A stretch of 64,000 bases of DNA. It comes from Spirochaetota bacterium (GTDB lineage: Bacteria; Spirochaetota; UBA4802; UBA5550). This document shows positions 61,752 to 64,000 of the stretch, one piece after another. Every line of letters starts with the position of its first letter. The first letter of the stretch is position 1. Location of the stretch: contig OY760686.1 of NCBI GenBank assembly GCA_963663865.1, positions 2,592,001 through 2,656,000 of the forward strand, read 5' to 3'. The position numbers and the translations under genes are program-made. The notes beneath the pieces were generated by a model. It was not told the origin of the DNA and searched no databases. It saw only the letters and a program-made list of their open reading frames with translations.

Positions 61752-61974
61752 CGTGAATTATTTTTTTTGCTCGTGAATATTATTCGATTATTTATCTTCC
61801 CAAACGTTATAATAATAAATGCCTTTTTGATTCCATTGATATGTGTTTTTACAAACACCAAGCTTATATTTTTAAGTAGTCCTGCTATTATCAATTGACA
61901 TGATCACAAGGGTATCTAATATAATGCTTTCAACAAATCAACTGGATAAAAAAACCACAGGAGTTCACAACGGC

Positions 61975-62613
61975 ATGAAAAGAATGACAAAGATTCTCAC
62001 TGTACTGACTGCCCTTTCACTCAGCTTTAGCGCCTGCGAAAGCGACAGCGGGATGTCAGAAGATGAAGTGATCACTAAAGCACTTGAGCCGTTATCAAAC
62101 AGCCTGATGTACGCAGTTGAAACCTCAATAATGCAGAAAAAATCTACTACCCTCGATTATTCAGGTACTGTGATCATGGATTACAGCGAAGCCGGTTTTA
62201 CAACCGAGGGAAGTATTACTTATTCAGTGTACTTAGAATATGGCGACACCTCATATGATATTCATAGCTCCGACATTGAACTCTTCTCAAACTACACATC
62301 AAATTACAACAATTATCAAAACGGCGGATTAACCGTAGACGGCATTATTACTGTATCATATGAGATGATGGGAAGCGCGAATTATCAAAGTACCAATCCA
62401 ATATCAGATGCCTCGGGAACTACTACCCTGACTCTGAACGGTTCGCTGCTCGTAACAGGAGATGAGACTGCAACTATTGCCTTCAACGACTTCACTTTCA
62501 ATATCACTATTAATAACAACTCTGAAAATGCTGAAACCTCCGGCTCAGTCTTGTATAATGGGGAGTTGATAAATACCGATGATATCCAGATTGGAGATAC
62601 CGAATCTGAATAA
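61975..62613 (+). CDS. Beta-rich lipoprotein of unknown function
   Basis: MKRMTKILTVLTALSLSFSAC lipobox; AGGAG SD; S/T/N/G-rich. Confidence 0.8.
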   Translation: MKRMTKILTVLTALSLSFSACESDSGMSEDEVITKALEPLSNSLMYAVETSIMQKKSTTLDYSGTVIMDYSEAGFTTEGSITYSVYLEYGDTSYDIHSSDIELFSNYTSNYNNYQNGGLTVDGIITVSYEMMGSANYQSTNPISDASGTTTLTLNGSLLVTGDETATIAFNDFTFNITINNNSENAETSGSVLYNGELINTDDIQIGDTESE

Positions 62614-62695
62614 AAACAAGAAAAAGTAGTATTTTTCGATTATAACAAACAGTTAAAATTTATACACAATAAACGACAAATTCTTCCACGCACAA

Positions 62696-62720
62696 CAAAA
62701 CCCGCATTGAGCGGGTTTTG
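62696..62720. terminator. Bidirectional terminator
   Basis: CAAAACCCGC-ATTGA-GCGGGTTTTG. Confidence 0.8.
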
Positions 62721-62764
62721 CTATGCCATATTTCAGTTTTTAGAGATAAATTATCTCTTATAAT

Positions 62765-64000
62765 TTATTTCTTCAGGTACTCCCTTATTCTTGCAGCTAC
62801 AGCTTCCGATGTCATTCCAAGATGCCCGGCAAGGACCTCTGCCGGAGCTGATATTCCGTAGTCATCAACAGTTATAAACAACGCGCGGCATCCCGCATAA
62901 CGCTCCCAGCCTGTTCTGCACCCTGCCTCAACAACAGCGACAGGCACATCCTCAGGAATAACCGATGAGCGGTAGGCCTCATCCTGTTTATCGAAGATAT
63001 ACCATGATGGAAACGAAACAACCCTTGCTTTGATGCCCTGACCAGCAAGTATTTCGGACGCTTCCATTGAGACATGGACCTCCGAGCCGCTGGCAAGTAT
63101 CGTTATATCGGGATTGCCTTCAGTATCATGGATGACGTAGGCCCCCTTTTCAAGGTCTTTCGCGCTGCTGTTTTTGCGGTCTATGGATGGAACATCCTGT
63201 CTGGTAAGGATGAGCATTGTCGGTCCGTCTGTCCTTTTCAGCGCGGATATCCACGCTTCAACCGTTTCTGACGCGTCAGCCGGGCGGATAACATTCAGAT
63301 TCGGAATAACGCGGGCCGCAGAAAGATGCTCCACCGGCTGATGCGTGGGCCCATCTTCCCCTACGTAAAACGAGTCGTGAGAAAAAACATAGATAGACTG
63401 CAAGTGGCTTAACGCCGCCATTCTCACGGCCGGCCTCATGTAGTCCATGAACACAAAGAATGTGGCGCTGAATGGAATAAAGCCGCCGTAACAGGCTATT
63501 CCGTTCTGTATGGCGCCCATGGCATGTTCCCTCACACCGAAATGGATATTGCGGCCGAGAGTGTTGCGCCCGGACTCTGAGTATCCCGCTATAAAGGTCT
63601 TGTTGCTCGGACCCAGGTCAGCGATCCGCCGATGAAGTGAGGCAGCTTTTCAAACAGAACCTCCATAACCTTCCCGCTCGCGGTCCTTGTCGCAATTTTG
63701 CCTCCGGCTTTAAACTCGGGCATCGCACCGCGCAGTGACTCAGCATCAAGTGCGGAAAAGCAGCTATCCCACTTCCTTTTGATATCGCCCTTTACTTTCC
63801 CTTCAAAAAGCTTCTTCCAGGAATCATAGCAGGCCTTCTGCTCCTGTTTTACTGAGCTGAATATTTCGTATACTCTTTCAGGCACATTGAAGCAGACATC
63901 ACCGTCACAGCCGATGCTCTCCTTAGCACATTTCACCTCGTCTTCTCCGAGAGGAGCGCCGTGGCAGGCCTCGCTGCACTGCTTGTTCGGGCTGCCCTTT
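62765..64000 (-). pseudogene. tkt: Transketolase, 5'-partial, with a 1-nt deletion frameshift at ~63623 (possible sequence error)
   Basis: HGAPLG, ATRTASG, GGS|ADL, HFGVREHAM, GEDGPTHQP split over two frames. Confidence 0.85.

Noticed and set aside
61272-61898. ORFs of 135, 94 and 143 aa
   Set aside because: They lie over the structured repeat and promoter DNA and have no protein-like features.

Overview
Chromosomal window from a spirochaete, probably Leptospirae-related. The assignment is inferred from two FlaB flagellins, a large FliD, a Leptospira-like ATP synthase c subunit and an Lsa36-like outer-membrane protein. Most genes are housekeeping and lie on the minus strand: rarA, rpsU, argH, flaB-flaB-flaG-fliD, glgP, trpE/trpGD, the complete F1Fo atp operon, folE2-map-recA, leuA, sahR-ahcY, lysA and a frameshifted tkt. 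Accessory modules are a bstABC-like lipid/sterol transport triad, a LolA-like/FtsX ABC/OM-barrel operon, an SGNH-sxtK-sxtI-sxtJ-like carbamoylation module and several signalling proteins. The most striking unexplained signal is an RNA architecture in the flagellin operon. Each flagellin gene is preceded by an rRNA-type boxA (TCTTTGAAAAC) sitting on the 5' arm of a long-range helix. One helix brackets the whole first flagellin CDS, like a pre-rRNA processing stalk. The other closes a ~310-nt highly structured leader over the SD and start codon of the second flagellin. Also found: a leucine attenuator with leader peptide, unannotated small ORFs, sigma28-like promoters, CsrA-type GGA hairpins, a SahR operator, and two inverted copies of a structured intergenic repeat with compensatory changes. 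No rRNA, tRNA, CRISPR array or transposase was seen. All calls were made by eye, without database searches.
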